A DNA stretch of 51,688 nucleotides, from the NCBI GenBank assembly GCA_017482945.1, contig JAFUMF010000093.1:1-51688 (forward strand), written 5' to 3'. Source of the stretch: Lachnospiraceae bacterium (GTDB lineage Bacteria; Bacillota; Clostridia; Lachnospirales; Lachnospiraceae). Position 1 is the stretch's first letter, and the number at the start of each line of letters is the position of its first letter. Position numbers and translations under genes: made by a program. This document shows, piece after piece, positions 10,596-21,373 of this stretch. Under the pieces are notes generated by a model that saw only the letters and a program-made list of their open reading frames with translations, was not told the DNA's origin and made no database searches.

Positions 10596-10895
10596 TTATT
10601 CGATTACTTTACCTGTTGCTTTTGCAACACGTACTTTCTTGCCATCTTTCACTTCGAAGCCAACTCTTGTTGCTTTTCCGTCAACGAGCAGCATTACGTT
10701 GGAGATGTCAATAGCAGCTTCTGTCTCTACGATGCCGCCATTCTGGTTCATCTGGTTCGGTTTTGTGTGTTTCTTCACAACGTTAACGCCTTCAACAACA
10801 ACTTTGTTGTCTTTTACGCTAAGAACTTTACCAGTCATATCTTTATCTCTACCTGCGATAACTTTAACCATATCGCCTTTTTTGATCTTATGCAT
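10596..10895 (-). CDS. rplX: 50S ribosomal protein L24
   Basis: [17 protein letters not shown] motif. Confidence 0.98.
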   Translation of the reverse strand: MHKIKKGDMVKVIAGRDKDMTGKVLSVKDNKVVVEGVNVVKKHTKPNQMNQNGGIVETEAAIDISNVMLLVDGKATRVGFEVKDGKKVRVAKATGKVIE

Positions 10896-10909
10896 TAACC
10901 GGCACCCCC

Positions 10910-11278
10910 TTATAATACTTCCGGAGCAAGGGATACGATCTTCATGAACTGTTTCTCACGAAGCTCTCTTGCAACCGGTCCAAAGATACGAGTTCCCTTT
11001 GGAGTCTTGTCATCTTTAATGATAACTGCTGCGTTTTCATCAAACTTAATATAAGAACCGTCTTTACGACGAGCGCCTTTTACTGTACGAACTACAACGG
11101 CCTTAACTACATCGCCCTTCTTTACAACGCCGCCTGGTGTTGCATCTTTAACGGAAGCTACGATGATATCGCCGATGTTAGCATATCTTCTTGTGGAGCC
11201 GCCCATTACGCGGATGCAGAGAAGTTCTCTAGCACCTGTATTGTCGGCAACCTTTAATCTGGTTTCCTGCTGAATCAT
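10910..11278 (-). CDS. rplN: 50S ribosomal protein L14
   Basis: [16 protein letters not shown]...SLAPEVL. Confidence 0.99.
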   Translation of the reverse strand: MIQQETRLKVADNTGARELLCIRVMGGSTRRYANIGDIIVASVKDATPGGVVKKGDVVKAVVVRTVKGARRKDGSYIKFDENAAVIIKDDKTPKGTRIFGPVARELREKQFMKIVSLAPEVL

Positions 11279-11309
11279 GCCTGATACTCCTTCCTCGATT
11301 AACTATCGA

Positions 11310-11564
11310 TTATCTTGCCTTCTCGATGATTTCAACAAGTCTCCATCTCTTATCTTTAGATAACGGTCTTGTTTCCATCACTTTAACTGTATCGCCGATA
11401 CCACACTCATTGTTCTCATCATGAGCTTTTAATTTATATGTGTTCTTAACAATCTTACCGATTAACGGATGTTTTACGTGGTTTTCGATAGCAACTACGA
11501 TTGTTTTGTCCATCTTGTTGCTAACTACTTTACCTGTACGTGTTTTTCTAAGATTTCTTTCCAC
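11310..11564 (-). CDS. rpsQ: 30S ribosomal protein S17
   Basis: [22 protein letters not shown]; GTG start at 11564 after AGGAG. Confidence 0.97.
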   Translation of the reverse strand: MERNLRKTRTGKVVSNKMDKTIVVAIENHVKHPLIGKIVKNTYKLKAHDENNECGIGDTVKVMETRPLSKDKRWRLVEIIEKAR

Positions 11565-11666
11565 GACGGATAATCTCCTTTCAATATTACGATTCGTCAC
11601 ACGCATCGGCGTGTGTCATAACGACGGCCAATCCTGCACTACGCAGACTGGCGCAAAGTCTTGAAA

Positions 11667-11876
11667 TTAGTTAGCAACCTTTGCCTTCTCTGTGATAACA
11701 GTCTGAATTCTTGCGATGTTCTTGCGAACCTCTTTGATTCTGCTTGTGTTATCTAACTGGTTGGTTGCGTTCTGGAATCTCAGGTTAAAGAGTTCCTTCT
11801 TTGCTGCAACTAATTCATCGTTTAACTCTGCAGCTGTCTTCGCTTTTAATTCTTCTAAGTATTTATTAGTTTTCAC
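11667..11876 (-). CDS. rpmC: 50S ribosomal protein L29
   Basis: [16 protein letters not shown]; GTG start overlapping end of rplP. Confidence 0.96.
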   Translation of the reverse strand: MKTNKYLEELKAKTAAELNDELVAAKKELFNLRFQNATNQLDNTSRIKEVRKNIARIQTVITEKAKVAN

Positions 11877-12303
11877 TGTTATCACCGCCTTCTAAATCTG
11901 CTTTAGAAACAATCTTACACTTACACGGCAGCTTGTGCATAGCGAGACGAAGAGCCTCTCTAGCTGTCTCCTCCGGAACGCCAGCGATTTCGAACATTAC
12001 GCGGCCCGGCTTAACAACTGCTACCCAGTACTCAAGAGCACCCTTACCGGAACCCATACGAGTCTCAGCTGGTTTAGCTGTTACCGGCTTATCCGGGAAA
12101 ATCTTGATCCAAACTTTACCACCACGTTTGATATAACGAGTCATGGCAACACGGGCTGCCTCGATCTGGTTAGATCTGATCCAACACGGCTCAGCGGCTA
12201 CAAGGCCGTACTCACCGTTGGAGATTGTATTTCCTCTTAAAGCTTTACCTGCCATAGTTCCACGGAACTGTTTGCGGCGCTTTACTCTCTTAGGCATTAA
12301 CAT
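11866..12303 (-). CDS. rplP: 50S ribosomal protein L16
   Basis: [15 protein letters not shown]. Confidence 0.99.
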   Translation of the reverse strand: MLMPKRVKRRKQFRGTMAGKALRGNTISNGEYGLVAAEPCWIRSNQIEAARVAMTRYIKRGGKVWIKIFPDKPVTAKPAETRMGSGKGALEYWVAVVKPGRVMFEIAGVPEETAREALRLAMHKLPCKCKIVSKADLEGGDNSEN

Positions 12304-12959
12304 TATTTATCGCTCCCTTCCTTGTTTCCTTTAGTAGGAAGAACTTCGCCTTTGTAGATCCAAACTTTTACGCCAAGTTTGCCGTAAGTTGTATCTGCCT
12401 CTGCGAAACCATAGTCAATATCTGCTCTTAATGTCTGAAGCGGGATTGTACCTTCGCTGTAGAACTCTGTACGAGCAATATCAGCACCGCCAAGACGTCC
12501 GCTTACTGCTGTCTTGATACCCATAACGCCAGCCTTCATGGATCTGGACATTGTGGACTTCATAGCACGACGGAAAGATACACGGTTCTCAAGCTGCTGA
12601 GCGATGGACTCTGCAACGAGCTGAGCCTCACGATCCGGTCTCTTGATTTCCTTGATATCAACGAACAGCTTCTTGTCTGTCATCTTCTGGATTTCTGCTT
12701 TTAATTTTTCAATCTCAGCGCCACCCTTACCGATAACAACGCCCGGTTTAGCTGTGTGAACGATAACTTTTACTCTATCAGAAGCGCGCTCGATTTCGAT
12801 TTTGGAAACACCGGCGCTGTATAATCTTTTCTTTACGTATGTTCTGATCTTGTGGTCCTCTACGAGGTTGTCAGCAAAATCAGCCTCAGCGTACCATCTG
12901 GAATCCCAGTCTTTGATAACGCCGACTCTCATGCCGTGTGGATTAACTTTCTGTCCCAT
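12303..12959 (-). CDS. rpsC: 30S ribosomal protein S3
   Basis: [20 protein letters not shown]. Confidence 0.99.
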   Translation of the reverse strand: MGQKVNPHGMRVGVIKDWDSRWYAEADFADNLVEDHKIRTYVKKRLYSAGVSKIEIERASDRVKVIVHTAKPGVVIGKGGAEIEKLKAEIQKMTDKKLFVDIKEIKRPDREAQLVAESIAQQLENRVSFRRAMKSTMSRSMKAGVMGIKTAVSGRLGGADIARTEFYSEGTIPLQTLRADIDYGFAEADTTYGKLGVKVWIYKGEVLPTKGNKEGSDK

Positions 12960-12971
12960 AACTGCCTCCTA

Positions 12972-13358
12972 TTATTTCTCATCAAGCACGATTGTGATGT
13001 GGCTCATTCTCTTTTCGATTCTGTAAGCTCTACCCTGTGCTCTCGGTTTTACTCTCTTCATTGTCGGTCCCTTGTTAGCATAGCACTCAGCTACGTAAAG
13101 GTTCTCAACATTCATACCGTTGTTGTTCTCTGCATTAGCGATTGCAGATTTTAATAATTTCTCAATTAAGCTAGAAGCATATCTAGGATTGTAAGTTACA
13201 ATACCAAGTGCACTCTGCACATCTTTGCCTCTGATGGCATCTAATACGAAGCAAGCCTTCTGAACGGATACTCTTGCATAAGACAGCTTTGCAGACGGTC
13301 TTGTATCCTTCTGAGCATTTCTCTCTCTCTTAATCTGACTTCTATGTCCTTTAGCCAT
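12972..13358 (-). CDS. rplV: 50S ribosomal protein L22
   Basis: PRAQGRA, SHITIV; N-terminal extension MAKGHRSQIKRERN of the Lachnospiraceae type. Confidence 0.98.
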   Translation of the reverse strand: MAKGHRSQIKRERNAQKDTRPSAKLSYARVSVQKACFVLDAIRGKDVQSALGIVTYNPRYASSLIEKLLKSAIANAENNNGMNVENLYVAECYANKGPTMKRVKPRAQGRAYRIEKRMSHITIVLDEK

Positions 13359-13386
13359 TGCGAAAACCTCCTTTCAAAGCGTCTTA

Positions 13387-13668
13387 TTATCTACGTCCAG
13401 ACTTCTTCTCGTCTTTACCATGACCTCTGTAAGTTCTTGTTGCAACGAACTCACCGAGCTTATGGCCTACCATATCTTCTGTTACATATACCGGCACATG
13501 CTTTCTGCCGTCGTGAACTGCAATTGTATGACCTACCATCTGCGGGAAGATTGTAGAACGGCGGGACCAGGTCTTGATAACCTGTTTCTGTCCAGCCTCG
13601 TTCATAGCGTCTACTTTCTTCAGTAAGCTAGCATCAGCAAATGGGCCTTTTTTAAGTGAACGACTCAT
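13387..13668 (-). CDS. rpsS: 30S ribosomal protein S19
   Basis: [17 protein letters not shown]. Confidence 0.99.
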   Translation of the reverse strand: MSRSLKKGPFADASLLKKVDAMNEAGQKQVIKTWSRRSTIFPQMVGHTIAVHDGRKHVPVYVTEDMVGHKLGEFVATRTYRGHGKDEKKSGRR

Positions 13669-13689
13669 CGTTTTACCTCCTATTGACTA

Positions 13690-14523
13690 TTAACCGTTTC
13701 TTCTTCTTACGATTAACTTGTTGGACTGTTTGTTTTTCTTTCTAGTCTTAAGACCAAGAGCCGGCTTGCCCCACGGTGTGCTCGGACCCGGACGGCCGAT
13801 ACCACACTTACCTTCACCACCACCATGCGGATGGTCGTTCGGGTTCATTACGGAACCGCGTACTGTCGGGCGGATACCCATGTGACGTTTTCTACCAGCT
13901 TTACCGATCTTGATCAGGTTGTGATCTGCGTTACCTACAACACCGATTGTTGCGCGGCATGCGATCGGAACCATTCTCATTTCACCAGACGGTAAACGAA
14001 GAGTTGCATATTTGCCTTCTTTAGCCATTAACTGAGCTGCATTACCTGCGGAACGTGCTAACTGACCACCTTTACCTGGCTGCATCTCAATGTTGTGTAC
14101 CTGTGCACCAACCGGAATCTTTGCTAACGGTAAGCAGTTACCTACTCTTGCCTCAGCGTTTTCGCCGGACATAACTTTCATACCATCTGTAAGACCCTGC
14201 GGAGCAAGGATGTATGCTTTCTCGCCATCTGCGTAGCAGATAAGAGCGATGTTTGCGCTTCTGTTCGGATCGTACTCGATACCGATTACTGTTGCCGGAA
14301 TTCCATCTTTGGAATTTCTCTTGAAGTCGATGATTCTGTATTTTCTTCTGCTGCCGCCACCGTGGTGTCTAACAGTGATCTTACCCTGGTTGTTACGACC
14401 AGCGTTCTTCTTTAAAGAAACTACTAAGGATTTCTCCGGAGTTGTCTTTGTGATTTCAGCGAAATCAGAACCACTCATGTTTCTTCTGGAAGGTGTATAT
14501 GGGTTATAGGTTTTAATTCCCAT
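13690..14523 (-). CDS. rplB: 50S ribosomal protein L2
   Basis: [21 protein letters not shown]. Confidence 0.99.
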   Translation of the reverse strand: MGIKTYNPYTPSRRNMSGSDFAEITKTTPEKSLVVSLKKNAGRNNQGKITVRHHGGGSRRKYRIIDFKRNSKDGIPATVIGIEYDPNRSANIALICYADGEKAYILAPQGLTDGMKVMSGENAEARVGNCLPLAKIPVGAQVHNIEMQPGKGGQLARSAGNAAQLMAKEGKYATLRLPSGEMRMVPIACRATIGVVGNADHNLIKIGKAGRKRHMGIRPTVRGSVMNPNDHPHGGGEGKCGIGRPGPSTPWGKPALGLKTRKKNKQSNKLIVRRRNG

Positions 14524-14606
14524 TTTGTGCTCCTTTCAACGCCTTCTGGCGTTTCTATTTTAATTATCGCGACTTTGCTTGTCGCATAGGTTCAAGTAAG
14601 GACGAA

Positions 14607-14906
14607 TTACAGACCCTGGAAGATCTCGATGTCCTTGCTGTCAGCTGTTAACTTAACGATAGCTTTCTTAGTTTTCGCAGTCTTACCAACTACCATACCG
14701 CGTCTCTTGTTCTTGCCATCGTTGTTCATTGTGTTTACGGACTCAACTTTTGTGCCCTCAAACATTTTCTCAACAGCTTCTTTGATCATTGTCTTGTTTG
14801 CTTCCGGATGTACGAGGAAAGTATATTTCTTCTCAGCCATAGCGTTCATGGACTTCTCTGTTACAACCGGTTTGAGGATTACGTCGTAGTACTGTACGTT
14901 TGCCAT
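14607..14906 (-). CDS. rplW: 50S ribosomal protein L23
   Basis: PVVTEKS, KKAIVKL. Confidence 0.98.
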   Translation of the reverse strand: MANVQYYDVILKPVVTEKSMNAMAEKKYTFLVHPEANKTMIKEAVEKMFEGTKVESVNTMNNDGKNKRRGMVVGKTAKTKKAIVKLTADSKDIEIFQGL

Positions 14907-15526
14907 TATGCGTATACCTCCTCGATAGATGCTACAGCAGCTTTAGTAGCTACCACTGTGTTATATTTCAGAATGTCGTAAACATTGATTGTGTTTACAA
15001 GTGCAGTCTTAACTTCCGGAATGTTTCTTGCGGAAAGAACTGTGTTCTGGTCATTCTCGTTGAGAACTACAAGAGCCTTGGAAACGTTCAGGTTGTTCAT
15101 AACAGCCTTGAAGTTCTTTGTCTTGATCTCTTCGAACTTAAGCTCGTCAACTACTACGAACTGGTTGTTCTGTACTCTGCTTGTTAAAGCGGATTTAAGA
15201 GCAGCTCTCTTCTCTTTCTTGTTAAGACGGATTGTGTAATCTCTTGGTGTCGGAGCGAATACTACGCCGCCGCCTGTCCACTGCGGGGATCTTGTGGAAC
15301 CCTGTCTAGCATGACCTGTTCCTTTCTGTCTCCACGGTTTTCTTCCACCACCGGAAACTTCAGCGCGTGTTTTTGCTTTCTGTGTTCCCTGACGTTTATT
15401 TGCAAGCTGTGCTACAACTGCGAGGTGTACAAGGTGCTCGTTAACTTCAACACCGAATACAGCATCGTTTAATTCCATTGTGCCAACTTCTTTACCTTCC
15501 ATATTGAATACGGTTACGTTTGCCAT
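14906..15526 (-). CDS. rplD: 50S ribosomal protein L4
   Basis: [15 protein letters not shown]. Confidence 0.99.
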   Translation of the reverse strand: MANVTVFNMEGKEVGTMELNDAVFGVEVNEHLVHLAVVAQLANKRQGTQKAKTRAEVSGGGRKPWRQKGTGHARQGSTRSPQWTGGGVVFAPTPRDYTIRLNKKEKRAALKSALTSRVQNNQFVVVDELKFEEIKTKNFKAVMNNLNVSKALVVLNENDQNTVLSARNIPEVKTALVNTINVYDILKYNTVVATKAAVASIEEVYA

Positions 15527-15554
15527 TTCTAGTTTCCTCCTTTCTTATAAAAGC

Positions 15555-16190
15555 TTACTTACCAGCTTTTACTGTTTCTTTCAGTGTTACTAAGCACTTC
15601 TTCGGGCCCGGAACTGCACCCTTGATCAGGATCAGATTGTTCTCAGCATCGATTCTTACTACTTCAAGATTCTGTGTAGTAACTTTCTTTGCACCCATGT
15701 GACCCGGCATTCCTTTACCCTTGAATACGCGGCCTGGTGTTGTTGCGGAACCGTTGGAACCCTGATGACGATGGAACTTGGAACCATGAGCCATCGGTCC
15801 TCTGTGCTGTCCTAATCTCTTAATAGCACCCTGGAAACCTTTACCTTTGGAGATTGCTGTTGCATCTACTTTGTCGCCTTCAGCGAAGATGTCAGCCTTG
15901 ATTTCATCTTTTACATTGTACTCTTCAGCATTCTCAAATCTGAATTCTCTTACATATCTCTTGTAGGATACGCCAGCCTTATCAAAATGGCCTTTTACCG
16001 GCTTGTTAACGAGTTTTTCTCTCTTGTCAACAAAACCTACCTGTACGGCTTTGTAGCCGTCGTTCTCTTCTGTCTTAACCTGTGTTACTACACACGGGCC
16101 AGCCTGAAGAACTGTTACCGGAACGAGTACGCCTTCAGCGTTGAAGATCTGTGTCATTCCGACTTTTGTAGCTAAGATCGCTTTCTTCAT
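15555..16190 (-). CDS. rplC: 50S ribosomal protein L3
   Basis: [15 protein letters not shown]. Confidence 0.99.
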   Translation of the reverse strand: MKKAILATKVGMTQIFNAEGVLVPVTVLQAGPCVVTQVKTEENDGYKAVQVGFVDKREKLVNKPVKGHFDKAGVSYKRYVREFRFENAEEYNVKDEIKADIFAEGDKVDATAISKGKGFQGAIKRLGQHRGPMAHGSKFHRHQGSNGSATTPGRVFKGKGMPGHMGAKKVTTQNLEVVRIDAENNLILIKGAVPGPKKCLVTLKETVKAGK

Positions 16191-16459
16191 TTTTTTACCT
16201 CCTGTTACTAATCTACAGCGGAACGTAATCAGCTTTGCTGTACGTTCATCCTAGAGCAGCCCAACATAGGTGGAACACTATGACATCGCATACCGCGACG
16301 ATGTTGATTCCCATTCAGGAAAGTGTTGCTTTTATATCAGAACCATTCAGGATTTTACCTTAATTTTTCTCCCAAGGCCAGTTTCGTTTATCACTGTGCC
16401 CCATCGGGAACCGCAAACTCCATTTCATTCCGTTTGCGTAGCGAACAAACAATCGCAGA

Positions 16460-16777
16460 TTATTTGTTCTTCATTTTGATGTCGATATAAACACCAGCCG
16501 GCATTTCGAGTCTGGACAGTGCATCTACTGTCTTCTGGCTCGGGCTTGTGATATCGATGAGTCTCTTATGAGTTCTCTGCTCGAACTGCTCTCTGGAATC
16601 TTTGTACTTGTGAACAGCTCTTAAGATTGTTACAACCTCTTTCTTAGTCGGAAGCGGTACCGGTCCGCTCACCTGAGATCCTGTTTTCTTTACTGTCTCG
16701 ATGATTTTTCCTGCACTCTGATCAACTAACTTGTGGTCGTATGCTTTTAATGTGATTCTCATAACCTGACTTGCCAT
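16460..16777 (-). CDS. rpsJ: 30S ribosomal protein S10
   Basis: [23 protein letters not shown]. Confidence 0.99.
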   Translation of the reverse strand: MASQVMRITLKAYDHKLVDQSAGKIIETVKKTGSQVSGPVPLPTKKEVVTILRAVHKYKDSREQFEQRTHKRLIDITSPSQKTVDALSRLEMPAGVYIDIKMKNK

Positions 16778-17020
16778 AAAAAAAGTCGCCTCCTTTTCGC
16801 ACTTTTAACGAAGTACGACAAGTGGGTGACTGTACACGGTCTCGCGTGTATCGTGCAGACTCATTCCGCAGTTTCACGCGTTGTTATTGCCCCTTACCCT
16901 GAGCAACTGTTAACTTGGTACAGTGACTTGTCGCCATTTTCAAAAATTGACATTCGCTCCACGGAAAACCTACCGAATTCTCGGTAGCAACCTCACGCTT
17001 CACAGCTATCATGCCACAGC
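16778..17020 (-). promoter_or_regulatory. long structured 5' leader of the S10 operon (candidate ribosomal protein leader)
   Basis: About 240 nt between promoter and rpsJ; hairpins such as CTACCGA-GAAT-TCGGTAG and CGACAAGT...ACTTGTCG; GAAGCGTGAGGTTGC...TTCCGTGGAG resembles Firmicutes rpsJ leaders as recalled. Confidence 0.6.
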
Positions 17021-17026
17021 TCCATA

Positions 17027-17055
17027 AAGATACCACAAGTGCAGAAAAAATGCAA
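17027..17055 (-). promoter_or_regulatory. sigma-A promoter of S10 operon
   Basis: TTGCAT-17 bp-TATCTT with TGn extension. Confidence 0.65.
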
Positions 17056-17122
17056 GCACTTTTTCTGCACTTTTATAAAAACAATTCAACTTGTGGATAT
17101 CTTCCTTATATATAGAAGAAAC

Positions 17123-18556
17123 TCAGTTTTTCTTCAACATTTTTGAGGTGGTTTCTAAGGCCTTCTCAGCCTCCAGCCGCGCTTTCACGACCTCCTCGCC
17201 CTCTAAGAGCACATCGATCGCCGTCTGCAGCTGATTGTCATCTGCTTTTGGAATTTCCACCATGGTCTTTAACTCTTCGTCAAGTTCCACTTCCACATCC
17301 GGTTCAATGCCGGTTTCGTGGATGCACTCGCCTGACGGCAGATAGTAATACGCAGTTGTCAGCTTCAGCGCGCTTCCATCCGGAATTGAGAACATTCCCT
17401 GGGCAATGCCTTTGCCGAATGTCTTAGTTCCGACAATGACTGCGGAATCATGGTATCCGAGGGCGCCGCTTAAAATTTCAGAAGCACTTGCACTCTGTTC
17501 GTTTACCAGAACTACGATCGGAATATCCATCTGATGCTGATCCTGAGAAACCGACGTGGAGTCCGGTACAGCTTTTCCCTTAAAACTTACGATATCTTTT
17601 CCGTCCGGAAGAATGTAGTCTGTGATGGCCTCAGCAGCCGAAACAACACCGCCGCCGTTGTTTCGGATATCAAGGACCATTGCTTCCATCCCCTGACTCT
17701 CCAGGTCCTCCACTGCAGTGATGAACTGCTCCGTGGAAACGTCTTCGAAGGAAGACAGGTTGATGTAGCCGATGTTGTCCTCTAACATCTCATGTTCTAC
17801 GGTCGGATGCTGGACGATGGCGCGTTTCATGGTCAAGTCCACATAATCGTTGACGGACGAACGGAACACAGTCACAGTCACTTCCGTTCCTTCTTCACCT
17901 TTGATGTGATCACTGATCACAAGGCTTAAATCCATTCCACTGACGTCCGCGTCACCGACCGCAGTGATAATATCGCCCGGAAGCATTCCGGCCTCATCCG
18001 CCGGTGCATCTTTAAACACTTTTGAGACGGTAATAAGACCGGTGTAGACGTTCTGGCTTACCAGCACGCCAATACCACAATACTCGCCTTCTGTGCTGTC
18101 CATCAGTGCCTCATAATCTTTTTTTGTATAATAGGAAGTATATGGATCGCCGTAGGACAATACATAAGCCGTGTAGATCCAGTCCTCTGCAGACATGCCG
18201 CTGGCTTCGGCATCTTCTTCATCAAACAGGAAATACTCGTTCATGGCCTGCTCAATTGCCAAAAGCTTCGCTCCGACAACGTTCATATCCAGCCCGCTAG
18301 TCATTTCTTGGACCGACTCATCGTGGGAAGCCGCACCGCTCTGGGCTGCTTGGCTGTCCTCTCTGACCTTTACACTGCGTCCCACCACCCAGATTCCGGT
18401 GGCTAGTGCAACGACCAGGATTCCACAGAAGACCGTTACCAGCGATCCCACCAGCACGCCCTTCCAGAATTTATTCTTCGGCTCTTTTTTCTCCGGTCTC
18501 ACATGCTCCGGCATTTCATGTTCCATTTCTTTTTTCTCATTTTCAAATTCTGTCAA
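17123..18556 (-). CDS. S41 family C-terminal processing protease with PDZ domain (CtpA/CtpB-like)
   Basis: N-terminal TM; GDPYT, GIGV, DIRNNGGG, SASASE, TFGKG. Confidence 0.93.
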   Translation of the reverse strand: MTEFENEKKEMEHEMPEHVRPEKKEPKNKFWKGVLVGSLVTVFCGILVVALATGIWVVGRSVKVREDSQAAQSGAASHDESVQEMTSGLDMNVVGAKLLAIEQAMNEYFLFDEEDAEASGMSAEDWIYTAYVLSYGDPYTSYYTKKDYEALMDSTEGEYCGIGVLVSQNVYTGLITVSKVFKDAPADEAGMLPGDIITAVGDADVSGMDLSLVISDHIKGEEGTEVTVTVFRSSVNDYVDLTMKRAIVQHPTVEHEMLEDNIGYINLSSFEDVSTEQFITAVEDLESQGMEAMVLDIRNNGGGVVSAAEAITDYILPDGKDIVSFKGKAVPDSTSVSQDQHQMDIPIVVLVNEQSASASEILSGALGYHDSAVIVGTKTFGKGIAQGMFSIPDGSALKLTTAYYYLPSGECIHETGIEPDVEVELDEELKTMVEIPKADDNQLQTAIDVLLEGEEVVKARLEAEKALETTSKMLKKN

Positions 18557-18571
18557 TTCTTAAACGCCTCC

Positions 18572-19771
18572 TTACGGACTCACATACTGACTCGGATTCA
18601 CGTATGTACCATTCAGCCTGATTCCAAAATGAAGGTGTGGTCCCGTGGAATAACCTGTGGATCCCACCTTCGCGATCACCTGGCCCTGTTTCACGGTGTC
18701 GCCCACCGAACACAGGCGCTTGGACGCGTGCATATAAACCGTGTACACACCGCCGCCATGGTTGATCATCACGTAGTTTCCAGCCGAATAACTATAGGTA
18801 GAAACTACCACTTCGCCGGCTGCCGCCGCCAGGATATCGGATCCAGTCGCCGCGCCGATGTCAATTCCTTTATGGTTGGAAGAAGCTCCCTCAGTCGGTG
18901 ATGATCTGGCACCGAATTTGGATGTAATTCTGCTGCTGGCAGGACATGGCCATATAAACTTAATATCTCCGATACTCTTCGTTTTATACGTCTGTCCGCT
19001 GGCCTCAGCCTTTTTCTTTGCTGCCTCTTCCTGCCGTTTGATTTCTGCCTCGATGGCCTTAATGGAGCTCTCCTGGGCTTTCAGGTCCTTCGCATACTCA
19101 TCGACCTCTTCTTCCGCCTCAGCGATTTTCTTCTCCATACTCCTCAGTTCCGCCTGCTTTGCTGCCAAAAGTTCTTCCACAGACGCATGCTTTGCCTCTG
19201 TCTGCTCCTGAAGTTCTAAAAGCTCTGCATGTTCTTCCTCCAGAACTTTCTCCGTCTCTGCGATTCGTTCCTTCGTCTCCGCATATTCATCCAGCTTTTC
19301 TCTGTCGTACTCAGAAATCTTTCCGATGTACTCCGCCTTATTTAAAAGCTCAGACAGAGACTTGGCCTGCATGAGAAGGTCCACATAGGAACTGTCGCCC
19401 TTTTCATACATGTATTTGATCCGCAGCTTCATGGACTCATACTGCTCGGCTTCCACAGCCTCTGCCTCCTGAAGCTCGACCTTTGTTATTTCGATCTGCT
19501 CTTCCGTTTCTTCTATATTAATAGTGAGCTGGGATAACTCATCGCTGAGCGTTTCCAGGCTGGCATCCAGCTCCGCCACGTACCGGACCGCATCCCCTTT
19601 CAGGGCTTCCAGGTTCTTGAGTGTTGCCTCCGCCCGCTTTTTCTCCTGCTCGATGGCTGTCTTCTTCTTTTTCGCATCCTCCAGCCCGCTCTTTGTAGCC
19701 AGAGCCGGGAATACGGCGAGAATACAGCAGAAGAAAGTCAGAGCGATCGTCATGATCTTCTTTTTTCTCAT
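18572..19771 (-). CDS. coiled-coil plus M23 peptidase murein hydrolase (FtsEX-associated)
   Basis: Signal peptide, long coiled coil, HKGIDI, YMH, STGPHLHF. Confidence 0.92.
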   Translation of the reverse strand: MRKKKIMTIALTFFCCILAVFPALATKSGLEDAKKKKTAIEQEKKRAEATLKNLEALKGDAVRYVAELDASLETLSDELSQLTINIEETEEQIEITKVELQEAEAVEAEQYESMKLRIKYMYEKGDSSYVDLLMQAKSLSELLNKAEYIGKISEYDREKLDEYAETKERIAETEKVLEEEHAELLELQEQTEAKHASVEELLAAKQAELRSMEKKIAEAEEEVDEYAKDLKAQESSIKAIEAEIKRQEEAAKKKAEASGQTYKTKSIGDIKFIWPCPASSRITSKFGARSSPTEGASSNHKGIDIGAATGSDILAAAAGEVVVSTYSYSAGNYVMINHGGGVYTVYMHASKRLCSVGDTVKQGQVIAKVGSTGYSTGPHLHFGIRLNGTYVNPSQYVSP

Positions 19772-19780
19772 TTTACGCTC

Positions 19781-20695
19781 CTACACCCGCAAATGTTTGC
19801 GGATAGTCATGAAACTTACAATACATCCAAGTCCGCCGCCAAGCAGAAGAGAAATCCCCGCCATCGCCGGGTAGACTTCACCGATCGGTAAGAACTGGAT
19901 AATTCCGGAGAGGAGATTGAACCTCTCCATCACATATTCCACCGTCTTATTATATAGGAAGAACATGGCCACGATCGGCACTGCTGCACCGACCAGACCA
20001 AGGATCGTTCCTTCCACTACGAACGGCGCCCGGATCATAAAATTCGTCGCACCGATCAGGCGCATGATTTTATTCTCGCTCTTTCTGAATTCAGCTGCCA
20101 CGGAAATCGTATTGCTGATCAGGAAAACCGCCACTGCCAGAAGCATGGCAATGATCACACCGAATAATAAGGTAAGAATCCTGTTAAAACTCGAAAGTCC
20201 GGCTACCGCACTATTGGAATAATTGACCTTTCTTACACCGTTCACCGACTGGAGATATTCCACCATCGATGCCTGATCCTCGATATCATAGAGATAAATC
20301 TCATAGGACGCAGAACCAGCCAGCGGATTGTCCTGTGCAAATCCCTCTGCCAGATCTGTGTTTTCGCCAAAGTACTCGGTCTTAAAACTCTCCCAGGCAG
20401 CTTCTGCCGAAATGTATTCCATTCCTTTGATCAGGCTTCCTTTTTCACTCTCGATCCGTTCGCCGATCTCCAGGATCTCATCACCGGAAAGAGTCTCCTC
20501 AAAGAACACCGTAATTCCCATGGTGGACTCTGCGCTCACGACCATGTGCTGGATGTTGGTAATAATGGAAAAAAATACGCAAAACAAAAAAATACATGCA
20601 GAAATGATCGCGGTAGACGCAAGGGAGAACCAGATATTTCTGCATATATTTATAATTCCCTGCTTAAAGCAGTACCAGAACGTGCTAATTCTCAT
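19781..20695 (-). CDS. ftsX: cell division permease-like protein FtsX
   Basis: 4 TM; ISNTI, IMRLIGAT..IRAPFVVEG; start overlaps ftsE stop. Confidence 0.93.
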   Translation of the reverse strand: MRISTFWYCFKQGIINICRNIWFSLASTAIISACIFLFCVFFSIITNIQHMVVSAESTMGITVFFEETLSGDEILEIGERIESEKGSLIKGMEYISAEAAWESFKTEYFGENTDLAEGFAQDNPLAGSASYEIYLYDIEDQASMVEYLQSVNGVRKVNYSNSAVAGLSSFNRILTLLFGVIIAMLLAVAVFLISNTISVAAEFRKSENKIMRLIGATNFMIRAPFVVEGTILGLVGAAVPIVAMFFLYNKTVEYVMERFNLLSGIIQFLPIGEVYPAMAGISLLLGGGLGCIVSFMTIRKHLRV

Positions 20696-21371
20696 ATCGA
20701 TACCCGCCTTCTCTCTCGTCACTGATCACAACGCCCTTGTCCAGTGTGATCACACGTTTTTTCATCATATCCACGATATCCCGGCTGTGGGTGACAACGA
20801 TCACGGTCGTTCCGCGTCGATTGATCTCCTCCAGGAGCTTCATGATCTCCATTGCATTCTGCGGGTCTAAATTTCCCGTCGGCTCATCAGCTAATAATAC
20901 AGCCGGCTGGTTGATCAGCGCACGGGCGATTGCCACTCGCTGCTGTTCACCGCCGGAAAGCTGATGCGGGAACGCTTTGTATTTTGATGAGAGACCTACC
21001 AGTTTCAGCATCCGCGGAACCGACTCGCGAATTTTGCGTCCCGGCACGCCGATCACTCGCTGGGCAAATGCCACGTTTTCGTAAACTGTCCTGTCCTTTA
21101 ACAAGCGGAAATCCTGGAACACAACTCCGAGCATTCTCCGGTATTTCGGAACATACCGTCTCGGCATCGCGCCCAGATCCATGTCATTAACGACAACACG
21201 GCCGGAGCTCGGATCCACCTCTTTCAAGAGAATTCTTAAAAGAGTGGATTTTCCGGAACCGCTCCGGCCGGTAATAAAGACAAATTCACCATCTTCGATC
21301 GAGATATCCACGCCCTTTAACGCACGGCTGCTTCTATCATAGGTCTTTGTCAGTTTTGAAATTTCTATCAT
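20685..21371 (-). CDS. ftsE: cell division ATP-binding protein FtsE
   Basis: GRSGSGKST, VFQDFRLL, LSGGEQQRV, DEPTGNLD. Confidence 0.95.
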   Translation of the reverse strand: MIEISKLTKTYDRSSRALKGVDISIEDGEFVFITGRSGSGKSTLLRILLKEVDPSSGRVVVNDMDLGAMPRRYVPKYRRMLGVVFQDFRLLKDRTVYENVAFAQRVIGVPGRKIRESVPRMLKLVGLSSKYKAFPHQLSGGEQQRVAIARALINQPAVLLADEPTGNLDPQNAMEIMKLLEEINRRGTTVIVVTHSRDIVDMMKKRVITLDKGVVISDEREGGYRYEN

Positions 21372-21373
21372 AA

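Noticed and set aside
17123-21371. ftsE-ftsX-M23 hydrolase-S41 protease cluster as a novel system
   Set aside because: Well-known conserved Firmicutes arrangement
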